Part shown: positions 35,395 through 47,700 of the stretch, in pieces
How the letters are laid out: every line of letters starts with the position of its first letter
Position numbering within the stretch: the first letter of the stretch is position 1
DNA from: Antedon mediterranea
Taxonomy: Eukaryota > Animalia > Echinodermata
Length of the DNA stretch: 64,000 nt
Direction: 5' to 3'
NCBI RefSeq assembly: GCF_964355755.1
Contig: NC_092673.1
Span: forward strand, 1,302,001-1,366,000
Program-made: the position numbers and the translations under genes
Notes under the pieces: model-generated
Database searches by the model: none
What the model saw: the letters and a program-made list of their open reading frames with translations, nothing else
Told to the model about the DNA's origin: nothing

Positions 35395-36400
35395 CAATTA
35401 CAATTTGAGTTTGCTTAGATCTGATTTCTTAGTAACTATGAAACGTCTATTGTCCTTAGATAGAATGTTAATTCTACCGTATTTAGTCCAAATAGCATTT
35501 TATCACTATAGTCCTTCTTTATGTGTTTAAGCAGTCCAGACCTGGTAGCAGTAAGGTTTTCATATACACACATATAATTATTACCCGATTTTTTCCATTT
35601 AGTTTCCGCTTAGTCCTGTAGACGTCGTTGCGCTTTTTGTAACTACAGAATTTGACGATGATTCCCCTGGGTTTACTATAGCCAGGCCTCTTTGTTGGAC
35701 CGAGCCTATGGCTCCGGTCGAAATCATTGGGATCTATCTGTACATTTAGGTCAGTATAGTGATTAGTTTACCAGTGTGTCCGTGTTTTCTCCCTGCCTCT
35801 TTTCCACGCCCATTATGACCAGGCAATTTCTTCTGCTGTATTTTAATTTTAATTTTTTAATTTTTTTGCTGTAATTTCGTCCTGTGCATCTTTCATGTCT
35901 CGAACTTTCCGCTCGAGTACGTCAACCCTATCCTTATAGCTCATTAGGTCATATTTAAGGCTATCGATGACGTCATTAGTAATAGAACGTTTTGGTTCCT
36001 GTTTTAATTGCTTTTCAAACTCATCTCTCACAAGACTAGCAATTTGTTTAGCGAAGTTGATAATAAAATCAAAATTACCTTCAGTGGATTTATCAATATG
36101 TCTTGATGGCATCTTCTATCAATTTCAGTTCAATTTTTCCTATACACATTGGTTCGATTTATTTGTCCCACCAGTGGACACTTCCGCATCCGAGTCGGCC
36201 ATGATCGTTTAAGGTGTGGTATAAGATCAAGCAAAAATCTAAGGCAAATTTAGTAATAACAACAATAATAAAGTAAACGATGTGGTTTGACTTGGTCTTA
36301 AAGTAGGCCTACCATCTATCGTAGTTGATTTTGATTGTAGATTTAATAGTAGTTAGAACCGGTGAGTGGGAGCTCAGTTAAACACGTCCGTCTCTCATGA
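35395..36400 (-). mobile_element. Degenerate non-LTR retrotransposon ORF1 (coiled coil plus L1-ORF1/Transposase_22-type RRM-CTD), no ORF2 visible
   Basis: The minus strand gives a coiled coil (DRVDVLERKVRDMKDAQDE), then, after frameshifts, YSRRNCLVIMGV, ENTD, DRSHRLGP, PRGIIVKFCSY, VYENLT, WTKYGRI. The 5' motif GAGACGGACGTG is near 36390. Confidence 0.75.
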
Positions 36401-36844
36401 CGCACAATCAATTCTATTAGGCCTATAGTATACTTTAACTAATAGTACCAATTGTACAACAAGATGTTCCCATTTATAATTAGGCCTTTATACAATGCAA
36501 AAATACGTACTTTAATTTCTCGAAGTAACTATCGAGTTGCTGTTAAAAGCTTTTGGTGACTACTTATTGATAATTACCTGCCATTAAGTATCATAAAAGT
36601 ATTTAGTTTTCCGAAGCCCTTGAAAAGTCCGACATACAAAGTAATGGGATACACTTAAATACGAAGAAATATTTACAGTGTCCAGTCTGCAACAAGTATT
36701 GGTTTGGCTCACTGTTGTGTATTTTCTTTGGATTTGTCTCTTCGATGGTTACTTTGTAAATTGAATCTAGACCTTTTTTTAAACTTTTTATGCCGATTTT
36801 CTGTTTTTGTTCAAGCACAGCTCTTAATTTCAACTTAAACTAAA

Positions 36845-38362
36845 ATGGATACAAACTTTAGCAGCGTAGGTGATAGTGATGACGCCACATCCAACCTGAA
36901 TGCCACGGTTATATATACTTCACTCTACACAATTCTTCTTTTTGGAATTGTATTTAATCTTATAGCGAGTATTTTTCTTTATAAATACTTAAAAAGACGA
37001 CCAGACGAGAACCATATTATACTTTTATTCTCCTTGATTGTTGTTGATTTAGTATCTCTATGTATCTTTGCGATTCGTACACCACTTTATTATCTAGCAG
37101 TATTTTTAATCAACCCAAATGTTTGGTGCAATTTTGTTGGTTTTACAAACTTTACATTTCCATTATCATCGGGGGCGATATGGACACTGATGTCTTTTGA
37201 GAGGTGCGTTGCACTTTCAATGCCGTTCCGTTACGCAAACTATTTCCAACCTAAGAAGACCAAACGGTATGTTGTTGCTACTTTGGCGTTGGTTGTGTTT
37301 TTGAATTCAATTCCTTTTGTTGGTATTGGAAGCTATGATGCTCTTTTAGATGAACCAATCATATGTAGATACAGTTATTCTCCCTCTGACCCTGCTATTT
37401 ATATGGTTCATTTGGGAGCTTATTTGTTTTGTGGTTGGTCAGAAGTATTCATTGGCGCAGTTTGTAATATCGTCGTCGTTTATCAAATTTATAAGATGTC
37501 AAAGGTCAATTTAGTTGGCGTTAACCAAACCCAAGAAAATAGAAGTCAGGTTAAGAACATGGAAAGTGAAATGAACATTGCGAGGACAGCTGTCATCATA
37601 TTTGTAGGCTTCACTTGTTGCTGGGTTCCTGTCCTGGTAGGCCATTTATTTTGTTTAATGGTTTATTCGAACATCATACAAACATAACATACAATACAAC
37701 ATATAAAACTGCTGATGAGCGAAGCAGTTAAGCAAAAAAAAAACATAATTGTAAATCAAATGAGCCAGCTACCCCTCATTGTCTCCAAAAAAAAATAAAT
37801 AAAGATTAATAAATCAGACTTTGAACTGATTATTTTGTATTGTTTATAAAGCTAATCACTTTCGTAGAAAAAAAAGTATGTTTTCAATTATAAAATGACA
37901 AAATAAATGGTTAAATTCGATCTAAAACCCATTGGCTGGCAGCCAATTTTATTTAAATTGCAGTTTTTAGGTACATACATTTTTTTTTTCGATCCAATTT
38001 TTGGTCAAAGTGGATAACTATTACGTGACATTAAAATGGCATATAAAAACATATATATATTTTTTCAGGGGGACAAAGCAGTTTTAACAGTATCTACAGT
38101 AAATTTAGAATGTTCATTTCGTTCGTTTCAGATAGTACTGATGTTCAAGAGACTAGGAATACCTCTCCCCGACGTGTTTGGGTTCGCAGCAGGTCAACTG
38201 CTTCTCGCAAATCACTTAGTTGATCCAATCTCGTTTGTATTAGCTCGTCCGGGATTTTACAAATTCATTCTTTCAAAGTTTTGTATATTTATCAATCGTA
38301 GTCCATCGGAATCGATAACTTTGACTGGCACAAGTGGTTTACAAGGATCTACAACATGTTAG
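36845..38362 (+). CDS. Prostanoid-receptor-like class A GPCR A2, 2 exons, ~340 aa
   Basis: Exons 36845-37636 and 38132-38362, in frame; 7 hydrophobic segments, MSFERCVAL, CWVP followed by a phase-0 intron in TM6, NHLVDP in TM7 (prostanoid-family hallmarks). Confidence 0.85.
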
Positions 38363-38550
38363 TGTTATTCAAATGCAAAATGTACTGGTGGTTAAAAGAA
38401 AAATGGAAATTCATTTTCGATGTAAGTGGAACCGTGTGGATTTACGATGATTCTACGCCGCCATCCACTCTTGAATAGAATATAGTAACGTCTAATGTAA
38501 TGCATTTTCTGAATTTTCATCTCAGTTTAATACATCGCACAACGTGTTCT

Positions 38551-38775
38551 TTTTTAACCATATTTACGAGGGTGATCCATCAAGCAATTGCTGATCAGTA
38601 GGGACCCTCAGAGGTTCACAAGACAAACATAACAATGCTCTACATAAACAAAGTCTTATTACAAGTGGAGGTGTAATTTTGTCCTAAGAAAACATCCTGA
38701 CATGTAACAGGACTTGAACCAAGAACCTTTGGAGTGGTAGCCAAGCATCATAACCACCAAGCCACAACTCCACTC
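38551..38775 (-). mobile_element. tRNA-derived SINE specific to duplicate 2
   Basis: Minus strand A box TGGCTTGGTGG, B box GGTTCAAGTCC, A-rich tail; empty site in the paralog at ~32720 (GTGTTCTCTTAGAAAC). Confidence 0.75.
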
Positions 38776-39235
38776 TCTTAGAAACTGGTTGATAGCATTA
38801 AGCTAATGGCCAGAGAACACGTGATACTTCCTACTCTGCTACAATTTGATTATAATAAGTTTTGTTAAATCCATAATTTAGAATGGATTTAAAATTTCCT
38901 TTTCAAGGTAAAAAATAATGTTTTTCATTTCTCAGTTTAGAGTACAACAAATCTAATTACAAAATCCTCACTCATTTTCTACCAATAATATATCACTACG
39001 TAATATCGAACTCTTATATAATTCTGATAAAGAAAGAAAAAGGTGATTTTTATCGAAATGAACTTGTGTCTGTGTGTCGTTGTTAATAGGCGAGTCTACT
39101 GATACATCAATCGCTAAACTAACAAGTTTATTTTGTTGAATGACCATCTGAAATTTCTAGGCATACTACTTATCAACCGTTTTCAAGTTTTGCCAATTCT
39201 CGACAAAAGGCAAGGACGTACACATATTTAGCAAC

Positions 39236-40980
39236 ATGGTACAAAACAATACAACAGAGTTTGACTACGAGTTTGAGTACGTCAACAAAGAAGACAGCAA
39301 TATAATTATCTATACAATACTCACTGGCGCATTTGTAGCTAACTTTATTGCTGTTGGGTTTCTTTATAAACATTTGCAGAAGCGTAAAGATGAGAACCAT
39401 GTAATCATTCTATTCTCGTTGATCCTCGTTGACTTTGTATCTATAAGTTTATACGTGATTCGTACACCTATATATTATCTGGCATTATACGTTAACAAAC
39501 CAAATATTTGGTGCAGTTCCTACGGTTTTATGAATTATTTATTTCCATTGTCATCCGGGGCGATGTGGACATTGATGTCTTTTGAGAGATGCGTTGCACT
39601 TTCAATGCCGTTCCGTTACGCAAACTATTTCCAACCCAAGAAAACTAAACTGTATATTGTTGTTACGTTGATGTTTATGACGTTTGTATGTGCAATGCCG
39701 TTTGTTGGCATTGGACGATATGGTGTTCTTTTGTACGAGCCCATTGTGTGCATTCACGTATATTTTCCTCAAGATCCTTCTCTTTATATGATTCATTTGG
39801 GAACTTACTTGTTCTGTGGTTGGTCAATAGTGATTATCGGTGCAGGTTGTAATATCGTCGTGGTTTATCAAATTTACAAAATGTCAAAGGTCACCTTGGT
39901 CACCCCAGAAGATAGAAGGCGAGTGGAAAGCGAGATGAACATTGCGAGAACTGCTATTATTATCTGTATAGGTTTCACTAGTTGCTGGGTTCCAGTATTG
40001 GTAAGCATTTGTTTAATTAATCAACAGAGACGTGATAAGTTAAAATGCCTTGTGTATACCTATTTCATCAACGTTTTAAGAGTAAAGATTTGTCTACACT
40101 ATCAAACTTTATGTTACAAAAAAATGTGATGTGCTCATCTACGGACATGATGATGTCATCACAACCATATTTAAAAATCACAGTATCACTACCATATTTC
40201 GGCACATAACACTAGTTTGATAGTGTAGACAGTGCTTCCAATGTGGTTCCCATTAAGAGGCAACGACGTAAGTGATTTGATCAATCACAAACGATGGATT
40301 ATTCGAACTTTCGGTTGAGATTGGTCAACTCGTCACTTGCGTTGCGCTTTGGTTACATCCTTGTGTTGCGTCGCTAGGTGGGAACCAAACTTAACTGTCT
40401 TCCTTTAGTCGCACATTCTAAAATGAAAACTCACTAGATGTCATAAATAACACTTTGTTATGATTGATTATGATTCCACTAGAGACGCAACACAACAACG
40501 TAACGCAACGTAAGGAATTTGACCAATCACAAGCGATGGATTTATTCAGCTGTCGCTTGTCATTGGTCAACACGCTTACGTTGCGCTAACGTCCTTGCGT
40601 TGCGTCCACTGTAGTGGGAACCAAATTGCTTTACTCAGTTAAATCGAAAAGAAAAGGTAAATGATCGCAATTGTGGCTATGTTTTTACTTGTGTGTCTCT
40701 GTCATTTAGAATCATTCTTAAGCTGTTTCAGTTGAGAGGATGATCGGGTTTCGTTTTTTTTCTTCTCCAGATAGTGCTAACTTTTATGAGACTTGGAGTA
40801 CATGTTAGCAACGAGCTTGCTTTCACATCAGCTGTATTGCTTCTTACAAACCACTTAGTCGATCCAATCTCGTGTGTGTTGGCTCGTCCAGGATTCTATA
40901 AGTTCATTTTTTCAAAGTTCTGTATATTCAACTGTTCACCACGTCATATATTGTCGTCTGTTGGTCCATCCGACACGTAA
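39236..40980 (+). CDS. Prostanoid-receptor-like class A GPCR B2, 2 exons, ~324 aa
   Basis: Exons 39236-40000 and 40771-40980, in frame; MSFERCVAL, CWVP plus TM6 intron, NHLVDP. Confidence 0.85.
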
Positions 40981-41716
40981 TTTATGATGTCTAATGATCC
41001 TGCAGTCCTGCTCGTCGTGTTAAAGGCTTTATAAATTATTTCTAGTAACAATTAACTGTGAGGGTATAACTGTATGGGTTTAAATTTACTACTACGGTAA
41101 TGCATTAGAATTGTTGTAGACAAATGCAGGAATCCAAGAAATGAGAAGAAACATACATAAGACAATTTATATAAATATTATAAAAGGTGCAACGTTTATA
41201 AAATGGGAATGTGATTTTTTTCAGTGATATTTTTTCTAATTGGTATTAGAGATTCTTTTGTTTTGTAATGATTATTTATGTATATCCTATGTAGGTCCTC
41301 AACTCCCCTCAACATAAAAACAAGTAGATAGTATGATAGTAGATAGTATGTTTATGAAAATAATATTCATACACAAAAAGAGAAACAAACAATTGATATT
41401 CTTTAGATAAAATAAAATTTTCATTTAGACCTACATATAAGCATGGAGGTATAAAAATATTTTATACCTTCATGATATAGTATCAAATATTAATTACTTG
41501 TTTCAGTGCTTGTTTCAAAATATAATACAATTAACATTGTGTTGAAAATAAATAAAAACACTTTATTGGCTAAATTGTCATTTTGTACACATTTGTCAAC
41601 CACTGTATGGGGAGTCGGGAATTACATATGGGTCGCGCACATGTTTTATTTGGGAATTTCCACTTACCTTGCCAGCTCTTATAGCGCCACCATGTTCATC
41701 AGCCCCAGATGTCAAG

Positions 41717-44700
41717 ATGTCAGCCTTCAGTGTGAATGTTTTGCCGAATAACTCTTTAAATATATTGCGAAATGTGGTCGAATTCCGAAAATCTCCAATG
41801 ACATTTTTCGTTTCACATATGACTGATGAAGATGGATTTGTATTAGATCTCCTTCAGGTTGTTGAGCTGAGATTTAGATAATCTGCCTGCCTAGGGCCTA
41901 CTAGGCTAGAGTCAGGCCAGCAGCAGGGCGTACTAGCCTAGCTAGGCTAGGCAGGCTGGGCTGCTGCTGGGCCTAACTTGGCTAGACACCTAGGCCTAAG
42001 CTGTAGGCTTCTAGGTCTAACGTAACCGTAACCGAATAAATAATTATCACTAGACCTAGCTAGGCTAATCTGCCCTCTCTTTGTTTTATTTAACAGCAGG
42101 TATTTATGATGGCTATAATAATTTAATTTTATAATAAAAAAAAACAACTGAATTTGACATGACGAACGATTTCAGTGTGAAAATGAATGAGGCTTTGGGA
42201 TGATTCTCAACTTCAGCACGGTAAATTAGGAATAGATAGAATAACTATTATGTGACATTAAAATATCATATTCAACAAAGAAATGTAAAATAATTTGTTT
42301 TTTAAATACTAGTCTATGTATTCTGAAGAAATACCAGAAAGTGTTAAGATTCAGATTATTGCAGTTCTACAAGATAGTGCACCAGTTTTACTGACTAACA
42401 GCACTAGCATTGAACAGACGATAGGTTCATTACGCAACATCTATCGGCAAGCAGACAGTAGACGCTGGCTCTTCCAAAGTCAAGTACTCGTTGCCATCAC
42501 TACTATTTTGCTAGGATTAAACCAATTGGTATGATTATTAAAAAAAAAAAACACTTCTGAAACACAGTTTCTATCATCAAGAAACATTAATTTAAATTAT
42601 ATTAAATTAATACATAAAATAATGTAGTCCTTATGTTGTAGTAAATAGGTTTGCGGTTCTCCAACCTAAGTCAGGTCAATCGATGCATCGCTGGACATCC
42701 CCTTGACCTAGAAACTATCAAACGTGTGTTGAGGTGAAGAGCTACGACACAATACGTATCAATATTTCCGCATGCACAATGAACTAACATGACTTAGTTT
42801 GGTCATCGGTTATCTTTCTTCACAAATTGAAAGTTCCATGGTGTAATTGTACCACAAACCTAGTTCTCATGGTGTAATTGTACCACAAACCTAACTTTAC
42901 TATTCGCATGCAAACCTTTAAACAATATCAGTTCTATAGTAGTTATGGTATATCAAATTGCTTATAATATTATTAGTCATGAGCAGGTTTATAATAATAT
43001 GATAACAACTGATCCAATATTATAGTTAACAAACATGAGATGGATAAATTGCCAAAATTGATTGATTGATTTAGTTATTTTTGTGTTTAAAGGCAGAGCA
43101 GAAAGAGTTGGTTGTGGATCTAATTAACCTATTGTTAGGAGTAATATCAAAGATAAATAATGGAGCTGATCGACATCTAAGAGGTACAGCCTGTGAATGT
43201 CTAAGAGAAATAGAAACAATTCACCCTGTAAGTATAGATTAAACTATGCACCCTGTAAGTATAGATTAAACTATGCACCCTGTAAGTATAGATTATACTA
43301 TGCACCCTGTAAGTATAGATTAAACTATGCACCCTGAAGTATAGATTAAACTATGCACCCGGTAAGTATAGATTATACTATGCACCCTGTAAGTATAGAT
43401 TAAACTATGCACCCTGTAAGTATAGATTAAACTATGCACCCTGTAAGTATAGATTAAACAATGCACCCTGTAAGTATAGATTATACTATGCACCCTGTAA
43501 GTATAGATTATACTATGCACCCTGTAAGTATAGATTAAACTATGCACCCTGTAAGTATAGATTATACTATGCACCCTGTAAGTATAGATTAAACTATGCA
43601 CCCTGTAAGTATAGATTATACTATGCACCCTGAAGTATAGATTAAACTATGCACCCTGTAAGTATAGATTATACTATGCACCCTGTAAGTATAGATTAAA
43701 CTATGCACCCTGTAAGTATAGATTATACTATGCACCCTGTAAGTATAGATTAAACTATGCACCCTGTAAGTATAGATTATACTATGCACCCTGTAAGTAT
43801 AGATTAAACTATGCACCCTGTAAGTATAGATTATACTATGCACCCTGTAAGTATAGATTAAACTATGCACCCTGTAAGTATAGATTATACTATGCACCCT
43901 GTAAGTATAGATTAAACTATGCACCCTGTAAGTATAGATTAAACTATGCACCCTGTAAGTATAGATTTCAGCAACCTTTTTAAAGCTACGTTTACACAGA
44001 GCCTTGATTCGTTTGGTATTAGCGTATATTAGCAATAGATAGCCTCCGATTGCTCTTATATAAGGCTCCAGTAGGCCTAGCCTACCACATCCCCCTGTGA
44101 AGGGCCAGTTTATTCTGGTCAATATTTAACAAAACAATTGAAACTATCAGGGATGGATTCCAAGGAAGAGTGGGGTGGCAGCCGGCCCACATTGTGTAAT
44201 GCAAAAATAGAACATCACATTAAATTCAGCAGTTCATTTCACTACTTTTGAGCGCCCCCCTCTCCCACAATTCTAAATTTAAAATCCTGGATTCGCCACT
44301 GATAAAAAAACAGCATAACTAGACTAAAGAGCTAAAACTAAAAACTAGGGGTGCCACATCAGTTAGGAGCCAATTTATTCTCGTCAATATTGCAAAACCA
44401 CTAACTAAAAAATAGCCTGTAATTGCTCAGGTTTTAACAAGGCTACTGTACATAGTGAGCAAAGCCAATTTATTCTGATCAATATTGCAAAAACACAAAA
44501 AAAAAAACAACCTGTAGAAAATAGGCACTGATTATCATTGTTTACTGAAATTGTTTGTTTCTATAGGGAATTCTGATGAAGAAGGTGGAGCATCTTTATT
44601 CTATGATACAACTAGAGAGAACTCATGTCTGTCAAAGTTACATGGTTTGTTGTTTTCAGTTTAGAAGATGCTATTAAGAAAGAAAACAATTAAATGTCTT

Positions 44701-47700
44701 ATTTGTACACATACAATACAGTGAATATATAAATTTGTTGTAAATAGTTTTACATTTTATCGCAGACTATTTATAGAATATTGCTCATGTTATGATATAT
44801 TATAATATAATATAGTATTCGATAACTGAAATAACAAAATTAGGATAAGGTGGTGTGTGGATGAAGGCCAAAATAAGTTTGTTTAAACAAACTTTAAGTC
44901 ATGGCCACCGGTTAAAATGTTGATACGCTCTCATCATGCAGGAGTAGTAAGTAGTCCATGGGATTTAGCTAAATTAGTGATTGCATTGAATTAGTGGGCT
45001 GAACTTCAAACTGGAATATTTTTTTTAATCGGAATCAGAGAATTTTTTTTAAATTTCCTCATGGAGAAATTCATTTGCTCAATGTTTAAAACATTATAAT
45101 ATGAAGTTTGCGGACACTATGTATATATTAGTTCTGAAAATAACTTAAGTTTCTCAACGTTTTAAACTATCAACATTCTTACTCCTAAAGACGATCAAAG
45201 TATAGTGTACTGCAAACTATATATCTATCTGCCATCTATCTGTAAACTATCAAACAATATATTAATGAATATTTCATTATAAAAATACAAAAGTGTCGAC
45301 ATATAAAAATTTAATATAGAAAGATATCAAAACACAGCATTTAACATATAACAGTACAGAGATTGAATAGAATAGTTTTGGTTCCTATTAAAAATTTATC
45401 ATATTACTGTGTTTGGGTTGGGCGGTAATTTTCTCTTAATAACGTTGCATGATAATTGTCATAATAGTCACATGATAATCATCATAATAGTCACATGATA
45501 ATTGCCATAATAGTCACATGATAATCATCATAATAGTCACATGATAATTGCCATAATAGTCACAAAAACATGTCCTTGAATGGTTATAAACATAATGGTT
45601 TTAGAATATAAATTAAAGTATGGTAATTGCATTTTGAATGCAATGTGATTATCAGTAATTGCATGTTGAGATTGCATTATAATTATAATTTGATTCCAAA
45701 ACCATTATTCTATTTACAATCAATGTCATTGTTGATTGAGTTAAGTACAGTAGTGACGTCTTTATACTTTATTTGTTTACATCCTTGACTCACATTTCAT
45801 GGTTGCGATAAAAATATAACGGCAAAGTTTTGTGAATGAAATTTTACATGGAACATTACATGATTATTATGTTAGTGTCTTTTAAATTTAATGTAACGCT
45901 GTGTCTACACAATCAAACTTTATGTGACAAAAACATTTGATGTGCCCATATATGGACATGATGATGTCATATCACTACCATATTTTGGCATATCACTACC
46001 ATATTTAGGCACATCAGACTTTTTTTATCAAACTACTTTGATAGTGTTGTCAGAGCTTTACTTTTGATATTATTCTTATTTTATTGATTATACAGGTATG
46101 TTTATGTATGCTTTGCATTTAAAAATAATCCCAGAATTATATTTTCCTTGTTTCATCAGATGATTTTATCTCGTATTATTGAATTATCATCAGTCACATA
46201 TTTTATCATTTTTGTACCTTTATATTTCACAGGCCCTGTTTGTTACTGTGCTAAACAATGTTGTAGTGTATGTAGCATCTTCACAAACCAGGTACTGGTA
46301 ATAAATGTGCTAATATTTTATATTTAGCTCAATTTATTGTGTAGTCTAGTCCATCAACTAGTTTACAAAAAAAGTGTGATTTACCCAAATATGGTATGGT
46401 TTACCCACATTGTGTCCATGGGCACATCACATTTGTTTTTCACATAAAGTTTTGATAGTGTAGACAGAGCCTTAGTCTACAATAATATTTTTGACAAATC
46501 TACAATTAAAAATATATATTCTTTTTATTCACTCTTCAGAAAAAGCAGTTCCATATCTGATATGTTGTGTAATAGAAAAGAACCGTTAAAGGTAATGTAT
46601 CAAGCCAAAATAAAAATTCATACTAATCTAACTGACTTATAGTTTTCAGCCAAGCCGTTTATATACTTATTATTTAAAAAAAATGTCTATTCATTTGCAT
46701 GTTTTTTTAATAGAAGTTGATTATTTATTCTCCTTAAAATATAATTTCAGCCTCTAATCCTTGCTGAGAACTTTTCAGGCAATGCATTGCAGCTGCAACC
46801 CAAGGTATGAAATTGTGTCAATAAAGTCGTCAAATCACCAAAGTTAAGCAACGTTGGGCCCTGTTAGAGCTTGGATAGGACACCATCTTGGATTATCGGG
46901 TGCTGTATGATATGGTCCCGTCAGGCATTTGAAATGATTAAGTTTGTTTTCCATATTAGTTGGTAGTGCAGTATAAAAGTATTTGTTTTACTTTACAGTC
47001 GGTTAAATCACTTCTTAATGCAAATCTATATTTTATTTTCAGAAGGAAACATTACTTTTGCCTTCTATCATTGACACGTGTGAACTAAAAAGAGCATCTG
47101 CATTTTTAATGGAAAGTCTGTCGTTAATGACAACACCTGTCCAGTGTTATGTTCTTAACAACATTATGCAATATATTGCTACAGTTCCTAGTCTTTCATC
47201 TTTGGTAAGTTAAGTTCTGTTTACACTATCAAACTTTATGTGATAGGAAAGTGTGATGTACCCAAATATGGTAGTGATTTGCTTAAAAATGGTAGTGATA
47301 TGACATCATCATGTCCATATACTGTATGGGCACATTACATTTTTTTGTCAGTCAATGCAGACAGGGCTTTATATTGTCAAATTTCAATGAGTTTATGGAG
47401 TGAACTTTTGGCACAGTTGGCAACTGTCCGTGTGATTTCAGGTTGTTATAGACACGGTTGAATGTGTGTGTGAACTTGTTTGATAAATTGTTTCCTTTTG
47501 TATTTAGACCTTCAAGTCCCATTTATTAGAACTATTTTGTACTTTGGACTTGTCGCTATTTCATCTAGCGCTTCAACTTAAGGTAAGAACTCTAACATTA
47601 GATTCATTTTGTATGTAAATAGAATATTTAGGTAGAGTTGTGTTTTTCTTCCAAGAATAACTTAATTTATGATAGGATGTAATATGCTTTAATTAGCTCT

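Noticed and set aside
43320-44122. Minus-strand (IYTYRVHSL)n ORFs
   Set aside because: Antisense translation of the 27-bp minisatellite.
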